A stretch of DNA of 63,375 nucleotides, counting the filler, from Licmophora abbreviata (taxonomy: Eukaryota), in assembly GCA_900291995.1 (NCBI GenBank). It is 8 parts of 8 records of this genome, joined end to end, with 100 filler letters (N's around TTAATTAATTAA, not from the genome) between each part and the next. Parts side by side here need not be neighbours in the genome. Positions count along the whole stretch, not along the records: positions 1 to 12,935 come from OLMU01003035.1; positions 13,036 to 23,877 come from OLMU01003038.1; 6 more parts are not named here. One strand, written 5' to 3'. This document shows, piece after piece, positions 11,337 through 21,207 of the stretch (position 1 is its first letter; every line of letters begins with the position of its first letter). The position numbers and the translations under genes were made by a program. The notes beneath the pieces are model-generated. The model had not been told where the DNA came from. It saw only the letters and a list, made by a program, of their open reading frames with translations, and made no database searches.

Positions 11337-12935
11337 TTATTCGCAGACCTCCACCTGCTTTGCGATCGCTGCTGCCGCTGCCTCGGTGTGTGTCGTCGTG
11401 GCCAAGGTCCATGGAATGCCAAAAACGCTGAACCAGTATAATCCAATTATCCATGGTACTTCCAGCCTATACGTCTTGGCCGCTTTAGGAGTCCACAAAC
11501 AGTAGCTGCTCAGCAGCATCACAGCTGCAGCACACAGTGGAAGAACAATGATGCACACCTGCCAAGGTAGGTTATGAAACAGGTAATAAGCAAGATGCTG
11601 AGACACTAAAATCGAAACAACGTCCTCGGCGTAGCGGCCGAACTGATTGGCCACAACAATTCCGAGGACAGACCAATGTCCTTTCATACCAAACACGCGC
11701 TTTCCGATGAGATGCGATGCGGCAATTGAGCTCGCATGGAGAAAAATCACACAGACCCGCCATAAGGTCTTTTTCGCAAAAAGGACGAGTTGTTGGTCTG
11801 CCACTTGGGTTCGTGAAATGATCGTAAGCCGTTCAAGGCGTGCTGGAATCACCGTCTTCCGGGCGCATTCGTCTCGAAAGTCCAGAGGGACTTGGCCGCA
11901 TGCATTCTTGTTCAAAATGACCTCAGGCAGATTGCCACTTAGCCGTGCCAACCTCGTGACAAAGTCAAAGCCATCGGAGCTATCGAAACGAACCACGTAG
12001 TGCAAGAGCGTGTTTCCTTCCGCGTCCAAGGAACGAAGTAAGTAGTCTTTCACAATTGTCTTGTATTCATTGGAATCCAAGTAAGCGATTTGGTCTTCAA
12101 AACGCTGCACGAACTCCATTGTCAACTCGTCCGACACCAAGTCGGGCACAGCGTCATGTATTCGATGACGAAGAGCGACTGCCTTGTCATCTCGACAAAG
12201 CCATATGCGGGGTTTGACGACTTTTGGCATCGAATCGTCGTCTCCTTCTTCTAGACAGCCTTGGGTCGACGAACTCAATTCTTCTTCGGTGTCTCGCAGA
12301 GAGCGCGGATGCGCAACGCTAACTTTCTCCTCGTCCTGCCGCTTTGCTTCGGCGACTCGATTTTTGAGAATCCTGAACTCTTTGAGGCGCATCTGCAAAG
12401 CTCCTCTGCGTTTGAGAACTTCCAGCCCACTATGCTGTCCGTCCAAGGTTCCGATGGTCGGACCGATGATGCTCTCCTCCGAGCGTTCACCACAGTCAAG
12501 GTCGTTTAGTAAGAGGCATAGGCACTTATCGATTATGGCGAGGGTCGGAGAGCGCCATACGAGAGTGAGTGTCGCTCGTCGCTGGTTCTCAAGAAACAAG
12601 AGCAGACAGTACTTTCTCGTTAGGATGTATTCGGTCGCTTCGGTAGGAGTCGTTTCAAACAGAGCGTATGCCTCTAGGAGCGGAGGTGACAGCTCAGGAT
12701 GAAGCTTGCGGATCTCTCGTTTCCGAGGTGAGAGAGAATCGTGATAAAAAGGAGGGCTACTGTGTTCTTGGTCCGCAGACTGATTCTCATGGACCACGAA
12801 GAACTCCACCGAGCTCAGCAGGAAATTGAAGACTGGCGGGATCCAACTCGACATTATTTTTTGGAAGCTACAACAGGATTCAAGGGGAGCTGTATCCAAT
12901 GCAAGAAAGAAGGGAAGAAAGGAATATTCTTCTGG
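11337..12935 (-). CDS. Hypothetical protein with ankyrin-like repeat and C-terminal hydrophobic/TM segments; 5' end near the spacer uncertain
   Basis: 520-codon open frame; DAEGNTLLHYVVRFD ankyrin-like motif; several hydrophobic helices at the C-terminus. Confidence 0.5.
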   Translation of the reverse strand, partial: PEEYSFLPFFLALDTAPLESCCSFQKIMSSWIPPVFNFLLSSVEFFVVHENQSADQEHSSPPFYHDSLSPRKREIRKLHPELSPPLLEAYALFETTPTEATEYILTRKYCLLLFLENQRRATLTLVWRSPTLAIIDKCLCLLLNDLDCGERSEESIIGPTIGTLDGQHSGLEVLKRRGALQMRLKEFRILKNRVAEAKRQDEEKVSVAHPRSLRDTEEELSSSTQGCLEEGDDDSMPKVVKPRIWLCRDDKAVALRHRIHDAVPDLVSDELTMEFVQRFEDQIAYLDSNEYKTIVKDYLLRSLDAEGNTLLHYVVRFDSSDGFDFVTRLARLSGNLPEVILNKNACGQVPLDFRDECARKTVIPARLERLTIISRTQVADQQLVLFAKKTLWRVCVIFLHASSIAASHLIGKRVFGMKGHWSVLGIVVANQFGRYAEDVVSILVSQHLAYYLFHNLPWQVCIIVLPLCAAAVMLLSSYCLWTPKAAKTYRLEVPWIIGLYWFSVFGIPWTLATTTHTEAAAAAIAKQVEVCE

Positions 12936-13035
12936 NNNNNNNNNNNNNNNNNNNNNNNNNNNNNNNNNNNNNNNNNNNNTTAATTAATTAANNNNNNNNN
13001 NNNNNNNNNNNNNNNNNNNNNNNNNNNNNNNNNNN
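12936..13035. other. Artificial contig spacer (44N-TTAATTAATTAA-44N)
   Basis: Identical 100-nt linker with stops in all six frames; recurs 7 times. Confidence 0.98.
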
Positions 13036-14138
13036 GTACTCAACATGACTCCCACTCGTTGATCAACCCAATCGTAAAGGAATTCTCGTTTCTCGTTAAT
13101 GACCGCGGCATGCTCGGGTCGCTTCCCATCCCTCACCTCTTCTGCCACTTCCAGGAGCTCCGCCCACATTCGTCCAATCACATGTCGAGTCGTCCAGTTG
13201 ATGACGCTCTGGGGCACGAAAGTTACGTGCGGATCAACGCACATGGTCAAACATACCAACACAAGAGGCTCGTTGTGGACCGTTTCGCGTTTGGATTTCT
13301 TCAGTGCCGAATGATCGGAAGGACACCGTCGAAACAGAATGCCGCCGTCAAAATCGATTCGTACAACACCCTTTTCAGGAGGCGGAATCAACCCATCTTT
13401 TTCGTCTGTTTCACGAGACACCATCTTGACGACAATATGCCCATTCGCATCGATGTCATCAATGGCGTGCGCTTCCAGAATCGCTTCACGAGCATTGAGC
13501 GGCCATGGCATGTCGGAGGTCACTGCAACAATCTGATTCGCACGGCCATTTTGTTGGAGTTGAACCGATTTTGACACTCCCAGCTTGAAGGGCTTCTCAA
13601 ATCGCGGCATCCACGACTTGTATAATTCCGTTTCATTGAACACCGAAAGGAGCGGCACCAGGAGCGATTGTTCAATAGGCGTTTCAATACGAGCAGTCAA
13701 TCGAGCCATGCCTTGTCCGTCCAGTCGATAGTAAATTATCGTGTCACGATGACCGTGAGACTCGCCCTACTTGGTCCATCCCTCGCTGGGTGGCGATGTG
13801 AGAGTAACGACAGTCTTCTCGAACGTCTCTGCTTTGAGAATAATCTCACGGTGCTGGTCGCTGAGTAGTCTCTTGTCATCGACAGAGCGGAGCACACGGG
13901 CTGCCTCGAGAAGTCGATCCGTCCGGAAGTGCTTCTCCGCAAGTTGAATGAGACCATCTTCAGGAAGATGTAATTCTGGTTCCGTGGTGGCATCGCTCGA
14001 CTTGAGATCGCCCCCTGCATCGGTCGAAATTGATTCTGCTGCTGCAATCTTCTTGGCATCAGTCATGCTGCCCGCTTGAGGTGCAGCCTTGGATACCTCA
14101 ACTTGAACGGAAACGATCGGCTGACTCTCTGTCTCCAT
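13036..14138 (-). CDS. START/SRPBCC-like lipid-binding protein, interrupted by an in-frame TAG at 13769-13767; 3' end lost in the spacer
   Basis: ORFs 13767..14282 and 12984..13709 are in the same frame (GWTK*GESHGHRDTIIYYRL...ARIETPI...ETELYKSWMP...DMPWPLNARE...VDPHVTFVPQSVINW). Motifs resemble START domains. Confidence 0.65.
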
Positions 14139-14580
14139 TTCATCAAAGCTCTCTATAGAACGGTTAGCACTGATAGCCTTGGTGGCCCGGGGCCATGCAC
14201 TGTGAAGTCTATGGTCGAACCAGGTTGTTTGGCGTCCGATGCAACGGCGTCGCGGCGCCTGTCGGTCGAAAGTTCGAAACACGACCCATCGGAGAAAACA
14301 CGGGACTCACATTATCATGACCACATCATACTCGGGACACGAAAAAGCTGAACGGCTTCAGTGTCGCGACAAACATCAACCCTCACAATGGCCACAGCAT
14401 CATCCTTGACACAACATCAGCGACGACCTCATTTCACAGGGTCAGACTCTTGCTTCTACCTTCCATGCCATCCATATGGTTACTGAAGAACTACTTTCTC
14501 TACTATTTTATGGGCGTTTTGCTGGTACCAACCATTGCTGGCGCTTCATTTGAATTTTCAATATGCGAAGAGAGGTCACC

Positions 14581-15708
14581 ATGGGAGACCAGCTTGACCT
14601 CTTTGGAAGTAGCACATCACGCATACAGTCGCATTGTCCATGTTGTGCATTTCTGCCCGAGGATCTTTTTCTTCCTCTGAATCCAAACTCTGATCAGGAT
14701 GAAGACCGCGAAATCAAAACACCAATACGTACTGGGAATGAGACTCACCCGATAAGCCCAGTGGAAGCTCTGGGGCAAATTGAGACAGTTTATCGAAAGC
14801 AGGAAAGCATGGATTCCAAGAGACGCGCACTTTTGGTCGATACGCATGGTCACCCACATCTAGATCGAGAGCGAACCGAGGCCTACTTTATCGAAAACGC
14901 ATCGGCCGTGCCTGTTGTGTCACTCACATGCGCCGTACAAGAGCGCGATTGGAAGACGACACTAGAGTACGCGTCCAAGTCAGACTTCATTTTACCTGGA
15001 TTAGGAGTCCATCCCTGGTACTTAGCCGATTTATCGTCGAACTGGTTGGAGGACTTGGAGGCGCTGCTACTAGAACACCCGTCTGCTGTCGTGGGCGAAA
15101 TCGGTCTCTGCAAGATGGCACGATTCGTACGCTCGCACCCCGATGGAAAGTCAGCGGCCCTTGGAATTCAACGTCAGGTGTTCAAGGACCAGATGAGACT
15201 GGCGGCAAAACTGAAGCGACCCGTATCGGTGCATTGCGTCAAGCAGCATGGCGTGTTCATGTCGGTACTAGACGAGCTCGTCAACGAGGGCACGCCACTC
15301 CCTCCGGCAATTGGAATGCACTCTTTTACTGGGACTGCGCATCACGTGAGGGATATTTTAAAATGGGAAGGATCGCATTGTGTCGACATGGCTTTGCCAC
15401 AGTTCTATTTTGGGTTCTCGCATGCTGTCAACTATGCAATGTGCAGCTCGGACAAGTCGAAGCGACAAGGGCATGAGGCCGTCCGTGCTGTCCCACTCGA
15501 TCGGCTCATGGCGGAATCGGATATTCACAACACACTGGACGTATCAACGGCTACCGCCGGAGCTGTGGCATACATTGCACATGCACTTGAGCGACCTGTC
15601 GACGAAGTAGCGGAACGTACGGCGTCAAATGGACTATCGTTTCTCGCCACAGCGATTCGGTTGCCTGACAGTACTAGTCTGATGCCTCCTGAATCATTGG
15701 ATTGCTAA
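14581..15708 (+). CDS. TatD-family deoxyribonuclease
   Basis: Motifs LVDTHGHPH, GLGVHPW, VGEIGL, PVSVHCV, GMHSFTG, DRLMAESD. Confidence 0.9.
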   Translation: MGDQLDLFGSSTSRIQSHCPCCAFLPEDLFLPLNPNSDQDEDREIKTPIRTGNETHPISPVEALGQIETVYRKQESMDSKRRALLVDTHGHPHLDRERTEAYFIENASAVPVVSLTCAVQERDWKTTLEYASKSDFILPGLGVHPWYLADLSSNWLEDLEALLLEHPSAVVGEIGLCKMARFVRSHPDGKSAALGIQRQVFKDQMRLAAKLKRPVSVHCVKQHGVFMSVLDELVNEGTPLPPAIGMHSFTGTAHHVRDILKWEGSHCVDMALPQFYFGFSHAVNYAMCSSDKSKRQGHEAVRAVPLDRLMAESDIHNTLDVSTATAGAVAYIAHALERPVDEVAERTASNGLSFLATAIRLPDSTSLMPPESLDC

Positions 15709-15953
15709 CGTACGTTACAGTTGATGATGTTAGTTCGTTCTGATCAAGTTGTACCATACTACTAGGCGGCCTTCGATGTCCGCATCACTCTGTGTCTCAG
15801 AAACGATCGTGAGCTCCTTTTCTCGTGGTATCGTGTCAGAGCGCGCATCATCACAAAGTGACGAGACCCCGACACGACCGCAACCATGAGACGTTCGCTG
15901 ATGCTGATGCGGTTGCTTTGTCTGGACACGTGTGCCAACGAACGAACGTAGTG

Positions 15954-16918
15954 ATGAATCTACCCGAAACAATACCCCATTCACTAGACTCGCAGTTCGA
16001 ACATGTTCGTGTACTCATTGTGGCGAACTCGCGTCATATCACTGTCGTTCAGCTGGATCGACCTCGGAAACGGAACGCTATCAACGCCAAGGTATACAGC
16101 ACCAATGAAGGTCGTGTCTCTGGAGGCGAGTGTACATGATGATTCCAACACGTTTTGTTGCTCTGTCCTCTCAGATGTGGCGTGAGATCGGAGAGGTCTT
16201 TCGCTTGTTAGGAACGCTCGGTGATGGCTGTCGGTGTATCTTGCTGGTGGGCAACGGCAAGGCGTTCACTGCAGGCATCGACATTTCGGACCCTACATTC
16301 TTTCAACCACAAGACGTTCAGGATGTGACAAGACGAGGCATGGCGTTTCGTCCCCAGATTGTCGAAATGCAAAGATGCTTTAGTAACGTCGAGGATTGTC
16401 CAGTTCCAGTAGTGGCGGCGGTCCATGGTTCTTGCATCGGGGCAGGGGTGGACCTGGCCTGTTCTGCAGACATTCGTCTGTGCTCTCCAAATGTCAAGTT
16501 CAGTATCAAAGAAGTGAAATTAGGACTTGCCGCCGACGTCGGAACATTGCAACGGCTGCCAAAGATTGTAGGACATGGATCGAGAGTCCGCGAGCTATGT
16601 TTGACGGGAGAAGATTTTGACGCTCAGGAAGCTGCCAAACTTGGCTTGGTCAGTCGCGTGTCTCGAACCAACGCAGATCTCGTAGCGTCTGCACTTCAAG
16701 TATGCGAACAAATTGTCTCCAACAGTCCTGTGGCTGTAGAGGGAACGAAGCTGTCGCTGAACTATTCACGCGATCACAGCGTTGCGGACGGTTTGGACCA
16801 TGTTGCTACGCACAACGCACTGGCGCTCATGACGGACGACTTGACGGAGTCGTTTTCATCACGTCTCTCGGAAAAGCGTCCTGTGTTTGGGATCATGCCG
16901 ACCCATTCTCGACTGTGA
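15954..16918 (+). CDS. ECH1: Delta(3,5)-Delta(2,4)-dienoyl-CoA isomerase (crotonase family), peroxisomal
   Basis: Exon 15954-16091, intron 16092-16174, exon 16175-16918. Motifs LDRPRKRNAINAK|MWREI, FTAGID, HGSCIGAGVDL, EVKLGLAADVGTLQRLPK, LNYSRDHSV. C-terminal PTS1 -SRL. Confidence 0.88.
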
Positions 16919-17032
16919 ACTGCTCGTTTCTGATCCTGGTCGAGGAGTCAGCGGCGAATGCACAACCTGAAGAACCTGCAAGGCTATAAAGAAATTACTA
17001 GTATCTACAATCGTCTATCATTTTCTATCTTT

Positions 17033-19507
17033 CTATAGAAGCTCCTTCCTAGCAAACAGACCAGGCACCGACAGAGCCTCGCCAGCACTTATCTTCGAGC
17101 CAACGTCGTCGTCATCATCCTCCGGCAGAGGTGATTCGGTGTCATCCGCTGGATAGAGACGACGCAATGCCGGAGTCAGTCGCGACGAAAGAGCGAGGGA
17201 GCTTGGCGTCAATCTCATAAAATCGAAGGCAAATGAAACGCGCGGCACGTGTCCTTGTTCAACGGCCAATTCATCGGAAGGAGGACTTTCTGCTGAGTGG
17301 AGTGGTGGTATCCGGGGATAACGCTGTGAAAAGTGAGTGAGGACTACGTGCTTCGCTCGCATCCGTCGACTGACCTCCAAGGCCTCGCCAACAGTGCAGT
17401 GTCGCTTGAGTACGGCTTCCTTTTCCAATCCATCATCAAAGGTTGCTTCATGAATAAGCAGGTCGGCGTCGAAACCAGCATCGGCAAATTGAACGGATGG
17501 GCGACAGTCGCCACTATACGCCGTTCGGCCAAACGGCGTTCCATCAATCACAATTGCATACGAGTGAGGACAATGTGCCACGGGCACAGCAACGCAACTT
17601 GTAATACCAAGATCGTGACTCAGCTTGTTTTTCAACAGTGGGCTCATCTTTCCCGGCGCCATATCTTGACAATCCAGCGGGATGTAGCTGTCTTTGATCT
17701 CAGGGTGTACATCGCCGTACTCATACAAGAAGCGAAACAGATTTGGAGGCGCCATGAGGACAAGCGGGTCCGATGCGGGTCCACTCAGACTACTTCGTTC
17801 CGACAGAAGCCTCAGCAGCCCGAGATGGTGATCTGCATGTGGATGAGAAATCCAAACAGCCTTGATGCCATGTAGAATCTGTTCGTGTGTCATTGTATCA
17901 CATTTCATCCGAAGAAGTTGCCCAACAGTTCCTTCACCGACGTCAAGAAGGAGGGAGTTATTATTCGCCATTTTCATGTACATTCCGGTAACATTCCTGT
18001 GCTTGCAGGGGAGCGCGGAGCCAGTCCCAGTAAAGACAAGTTCACCAGTACAATCCGTGATGCGTCCAGAATGATTTTGTCCATTGAAGAGCGACCGCGC
18101 AGCCTCGCGAGCACCTGTGCCCTCGACAATATCGCAAACGTCTCTCCATTCGGACTCAGACGGAGTACGACGACTGTCAGTCACCAAGGCCGACGACGCA
18201 ACGAAACCTTTCTTGGAGCGTGGCATGAGGGCGTACTCCATCCCTGGATTCCCACAGACGACTCGCGAGAGTTTTTCGTGGTTCTCCTCCAGGCCTTTAT
18301 AATTTGCCGCTACTGGGGATGGGTAGATGTCATCGTTGATCATCGAACGCGTCAGCGCCCCTAGGGCGGAAGCACGGAATGGGCTCGCCTCTCTTTTAAC
18401 CGCAGCCATGCGGGCGCCAACATCCACCAGATGCCTGTATGTTTCAAGCCAGATGTGATCGGTACTACCTGGAAAATTTTCCCGCCATTCATTATACTCT
18501 TGCGAACAAAACACCGGCTTCGGTACGATATGAATCACGACATCGAGGACGACAGAGTCACAATCCCTCTTCAACAGGTCATTCAACACCACCGATCCCT
18601 TCAACTGAACCAAGTCTTGCTCTGTTGGACAGTATAGAACAGCAATAGCGAGACTGGGTCCAGCTTTCTCGACAACTTCGTGGCTGTGGACGGTTCGTTC
18701 ATGACCGGTGTCGTCAACAAACGTTACGGACTGCCCAGACTTGAGTTTGGCAAAAAGTGGCCCGCGAGGCACCCCAAGCTTGCGCGCCCTGTCTGGGAGA
18801 AACTTTCCTTCGACTCGAGGGGTGGTAAAGACAAAGGACAGAACTTCTCCTGCGGCCTTCGAAGAGCGCACTGGTATGGTCTGCACAAGAAACGTTTCTG
18901 CATGTGTCGCTTGCTCTTGTCTCTTGCGGTTGCGCTTGCTATTCGTCTTGCTCCTCCCCACCGGTTTATCTTCTCCTTCTTTCTGGCAGTAGTGTCCCTC
19001 CTTTACCCGCATTCGGAATTTGTCCCTGCGCATGAAGTGACGCAAGGAATGCAAGAAGGTCTGCGTACCAGTAGGGCCTACAACATCCAAGTCCGGTGTC
19101 GAATCACAGACATCCACGCCGCAAGCATCATCGCCGTCGGGGTGCTCTTTTCGTTTCGCCGGGACCAGGTTGCTCGTACTATCATCCTGATGAGTAGTTC
19201 CACTGCCAGCCATAGTCGCATCCTTCGGTTTCATGACATCCGCGGTGGTCAGCACCATCCCTGGAAGACCTCCAAGTGCGTCGTGGCCAATATGAGTTAA
19301 GCATACTCTAGTCACCGTCCGAAGGCGTAAGCCAGGGCTTTCCAAAAACGATCTCTGACACCCCTCTCCGCAATTAATGAGCGTCTTATCGCCATTCGGG
19401 GCTATCAAGAGGACTGACGGGGAGGAATCTAGAGAGTACGTAGTCAGGATGCGAACCGAAGAAGTCATGGTGATTGTGGGTGCTTTGTGATGGGCTTTCG
19501 CGTCCAT
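17033..19507 (-). CDS. TRZ1: Long-form ribonuclease Z (tRNase ZL, ELAC2/Trz1)
   Basis: N-terminal NCGEGCQR, GVPRGP flexible arm, GTGSALPCKHRNV, LLDVGEGT, SHPHADHHLG, YSGDCRP, LIHEATF, LTHFSQRYP. Confidence 0.93.
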   Translation of the reverse strand: MDAKAHHKAPTITMTSSVRILTTYSLDSSPSVLLIAPNGDKTLINCGEGCQRSFLESPGLRLRTVTRVCLTHIGHDALGGLPGMVLTTADVMKPKDATMAGSGTTHQDDSTSNLVPAKRKEHPDGDDACGVDVCDSTPDLDVVGPTGTQTFLHSLRHFMRRDKFRMRVKEGHYCQKEGEDKPVGRSKTNSKRNRKRQEQATHAETFLVQTIPVRSSKAAGEVLSFVFTTPRVEGKFLPDRARKLGVPRGPLFAKLKSGQSVTFVDDTGHERTVHSHEVVEKAGPSLAIAVLYCPTEQDLVQLKGSVVLNDLLKRDCDSVVLDVVIHIVPKPVFCSQEYNEWRENFPGSTDHIWLETYRHLVDVGARMAAVKREASPFRASALGALTRSMINDDIYPSPVAANYKGLEENHEKLSRVVCGNPGMEYALMPRSKKGFVASSALVTDSRRTPSESEWRDVCDIVEGTGAREAARSLFNGQNHSGRITDCTGELVFTGTGSALPCKHRNVTGMYMKMANNNSLLLDVGEGTVGQLLRMKCDTMTHEQILHGIKAVWISHPHADHHLGLLRLLSERSSLSGPASDPLVLMAPPNLFRFLYEYGDVHPEIKDSYIPLDCQDMAPGKMSPLLKNKLSHDLGITSCVAVPVAHCPHSYAIVIDGTPFGRTAYSGDCRPSVQFADAGFDADLLIHEATFDDGLEKEAVLKRHCTVGEALEVSRRMRAKHVVLTHFSQRYPRIPPLHSAESPPSDELAVEQGHVPRVSFAFDFMRLTPSSLALSSRLTPALRRLYPADDTESPLPEDDDDDVGSKISAGEALSVPGLFARKELL

Positions 19508-19546
19508 TCATTCATTGCACACACACAAAGGTAGTAAGTATCATGC

Positions 19547-19552
19547 AAAAAA
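19547..19552 (-). terminator. RNA polymerase III oligo-T terminator (T6)
   Basis: AAAAAA on + strand, 6 nt downstream of the tRNA discriminator base. Confidence 0.75.
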
Positions 19553-19558
19553 GGAGCG

Positions 19559-19641
19559 CACCGAAGATGGGGATCGAACCCACGACCACGCGATATCACT
19601 TTCGTAAGAGTCGCGCGCTCTGCCGACTGAGCTACCCCGGC
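19559..19641 (-). tRNA. tRNA-Lys (CTT) with 10-nt intron at 37/38 (19595-19604)
   Basis: GCCGGGG TA GCTC AGTCGGCA GAGC G CGCGA CT-CTT-A [CGAAAGTGAT] A TCGCG TGGTC GTGGG TTCGATC CCCAT CTTCGGT G: full cloverleaf with A and B boxes. Confidence 0.92.
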
Positions 19642-19869
19642 TTTGCTCCTGGTAGGTGTCTCATGGTAGTATTTAATGTGTCAACATCATGTGATTGCTG
19701 CGGGCGATGGGCAGACTCTTGCTCCCAAAAAGCGCCTGAGTCGAAAAGAGAACACATCGAAGATCCATGATGGCAATTCAGTGCTGGGCTGCTGTGGTTT
19801 GGTTGCATTGTAGTCGTGCAACCTTGTCCTATTCCAACTGAACACGCTATTCTATTCATCGCTTCCATT

Positions 19870-20964
19870 ATGATTGATCGAGTGTACGAAAAAGAAGTTC
19901 CTGTGATTGACTTGTCTCAAGACGCTTCGGTCGTCGTCGCCCAGATTGCTCAGGCATGCTCCACGTTCGGGTTCTTCCAGGTGACGCACCACGACGTTCC
20001 TCAGCATCTCATTGACGCATTTCGTCAGCAAATGAAGCTGTACTTTGACTTGCCTCACGAAACCAAAGTCTCATGGAAACGAAACCAACAAAATGCACGC
20101 GGATTCTTTGACGACGAACTCACGAAACAGAAGCGAGATTGGAAGGAATGTCTGGATGTCGGAGTTCCCGGTTCTCAAAACTGGACTATCGCCGACGACG
20201 ACCCCGAGAATGCTTGCTTAGATGGATACAATCGATTCACTCCAGAGGGCATGCTCTCTGAGTTTCGCGATGTTGTGGTCGAGTATTTTGAGGCGTGTAC
20301 CAGTCTGTCGGATCGAATAGCGATTCTCATGGCCAGAGGACTGGGACAAGACGGCGACTCGTCTCTGCTTGCAGATTTGAGGAGACAGCACACGTCGTAC
20401 TTGCGCATGAACTTCTACCCTCCGTGTCCACTGGATGACGATACAATGGAACAGCCTCTTGGTATATCCCCGCACCAAGATGCAGGATTTCTCACGGTAC
20501 TGATTCAAGACGATGACTGCCATTCGCTTCAAGTGCGGAATCAAGAGGGCGAGTGGGTTACAGTCGAGCCCGCCCCTGGGGCTCTTACGATCAATACTGG
20601 GGATATGGCCATGATTTGGTCGAACGGCCAGTACCGTGCACCCTTGCATCGAGTGCTGACCGATCCCGACAGTTCACGTTATTCAGCGCCCTTCTTCTAC
20701 AATCCTGGCTACAGTACGTACGTGGCCCCCATGGAGAATCAACAAGATGTAGCGAAGTATGAACCCTGTCTCTGGGGATACTTTCGGGCGGTGCGATTTG
20801 CTGGGGACTTGACAGATCTGGGAGTGGAGATTCAGATATCGGATTATGAAATGAAGTCAGAGTCGGACCACTTGAGGAAGCAAGCTCGGTTTGCCAAAGA
20901 GGCAAGTTTTCACGAGCCTTTTAGCGTCGACAAGTATCGATCCTTGCTGCAGGGAAAACCGTAA
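19870..20964 (+). CDS. 2-oxoglutarate/Fe(II)-dependent dioxygenase (IPNS/DIOX_N family)
   Basis: Motifs VPVIDLS, ACSTFGFFQVTHH, LRMNFYPPCP, HQD (HxD), LHRV, RYSAPFF. Confidence 0.9.
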   Translation: MIDRVYEKEVPVIDLSQDASVVVAQIAQACSTFGFFQVTHHDVPQHLIDAFRQQMKLYFDLPHETKVSWKRNQQNARGFFDDELTKQKRDWKECLDVGVPGSQNWTIADDDPENACLDGYNRFTPEGMLSEFRDVVVEYFEACTSLSDRIAILMARGLGQDGDSSLLADLRRQHTSYLRMNFYPPCPLDDDTMEQPLGISPHQDAGFLTVLIQDDDCHSLQVRNQEGEWVTVEPAPGALTINTGDMAMIWSNGQYRAPLHRVLTDPDSSRYSAPFFYNPGYSTYVAPMENQQDVAKYEPCLWGYFRAVRFAGDLTDLGVEIQISDYEMKSESDHLRKQARFAKEASFHEPFSVDKYRSLLQGKP

Positions 20965-21207
20965 TGTAATCATGGGCGGATTGGTTTGTCTAGTTGATGT
21001 CCTTCCATCCCTAGCTCCGACGTCAAGATCCACAAAGTGCCTTTCAAACTGCGATTTTCCTTGTGCGCCAGAAATTAAAACGGACTTAACTCAAACGACT
21101 CATTCGAGTAAAGTCGCTTTTTGAATTTTGTCGAAAGACTGGCGATTTTGGCCAACATCTTTCATGCAATTTCACTTGGATGACTACTTTCCGTCGGGCG
21201 GTTGACC

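Noticed and set aside
13767..13769. Alternative genetic code (TAG=Gln)
   Set aside because: Several conserved genes in the window end at TAG at the expected C-terminus, and no other internal TAG was seen.
14581..15708. TatD, SNF2 and vWA proteins as a prokaryotic anti-phage system
   Set aside because: The context is eukaryotic with spliceosomal introns; the genes are unlinked and are ordinary eukaryotic families.
19870..20964. Skp1 prolyl hydroxylase partnering the GT60 genes
   Set aside because: Its motifs are of the IPNS/DIOX_N small-molecule class, not the PhyA/PHD prolyl-4-hydroxylase class.
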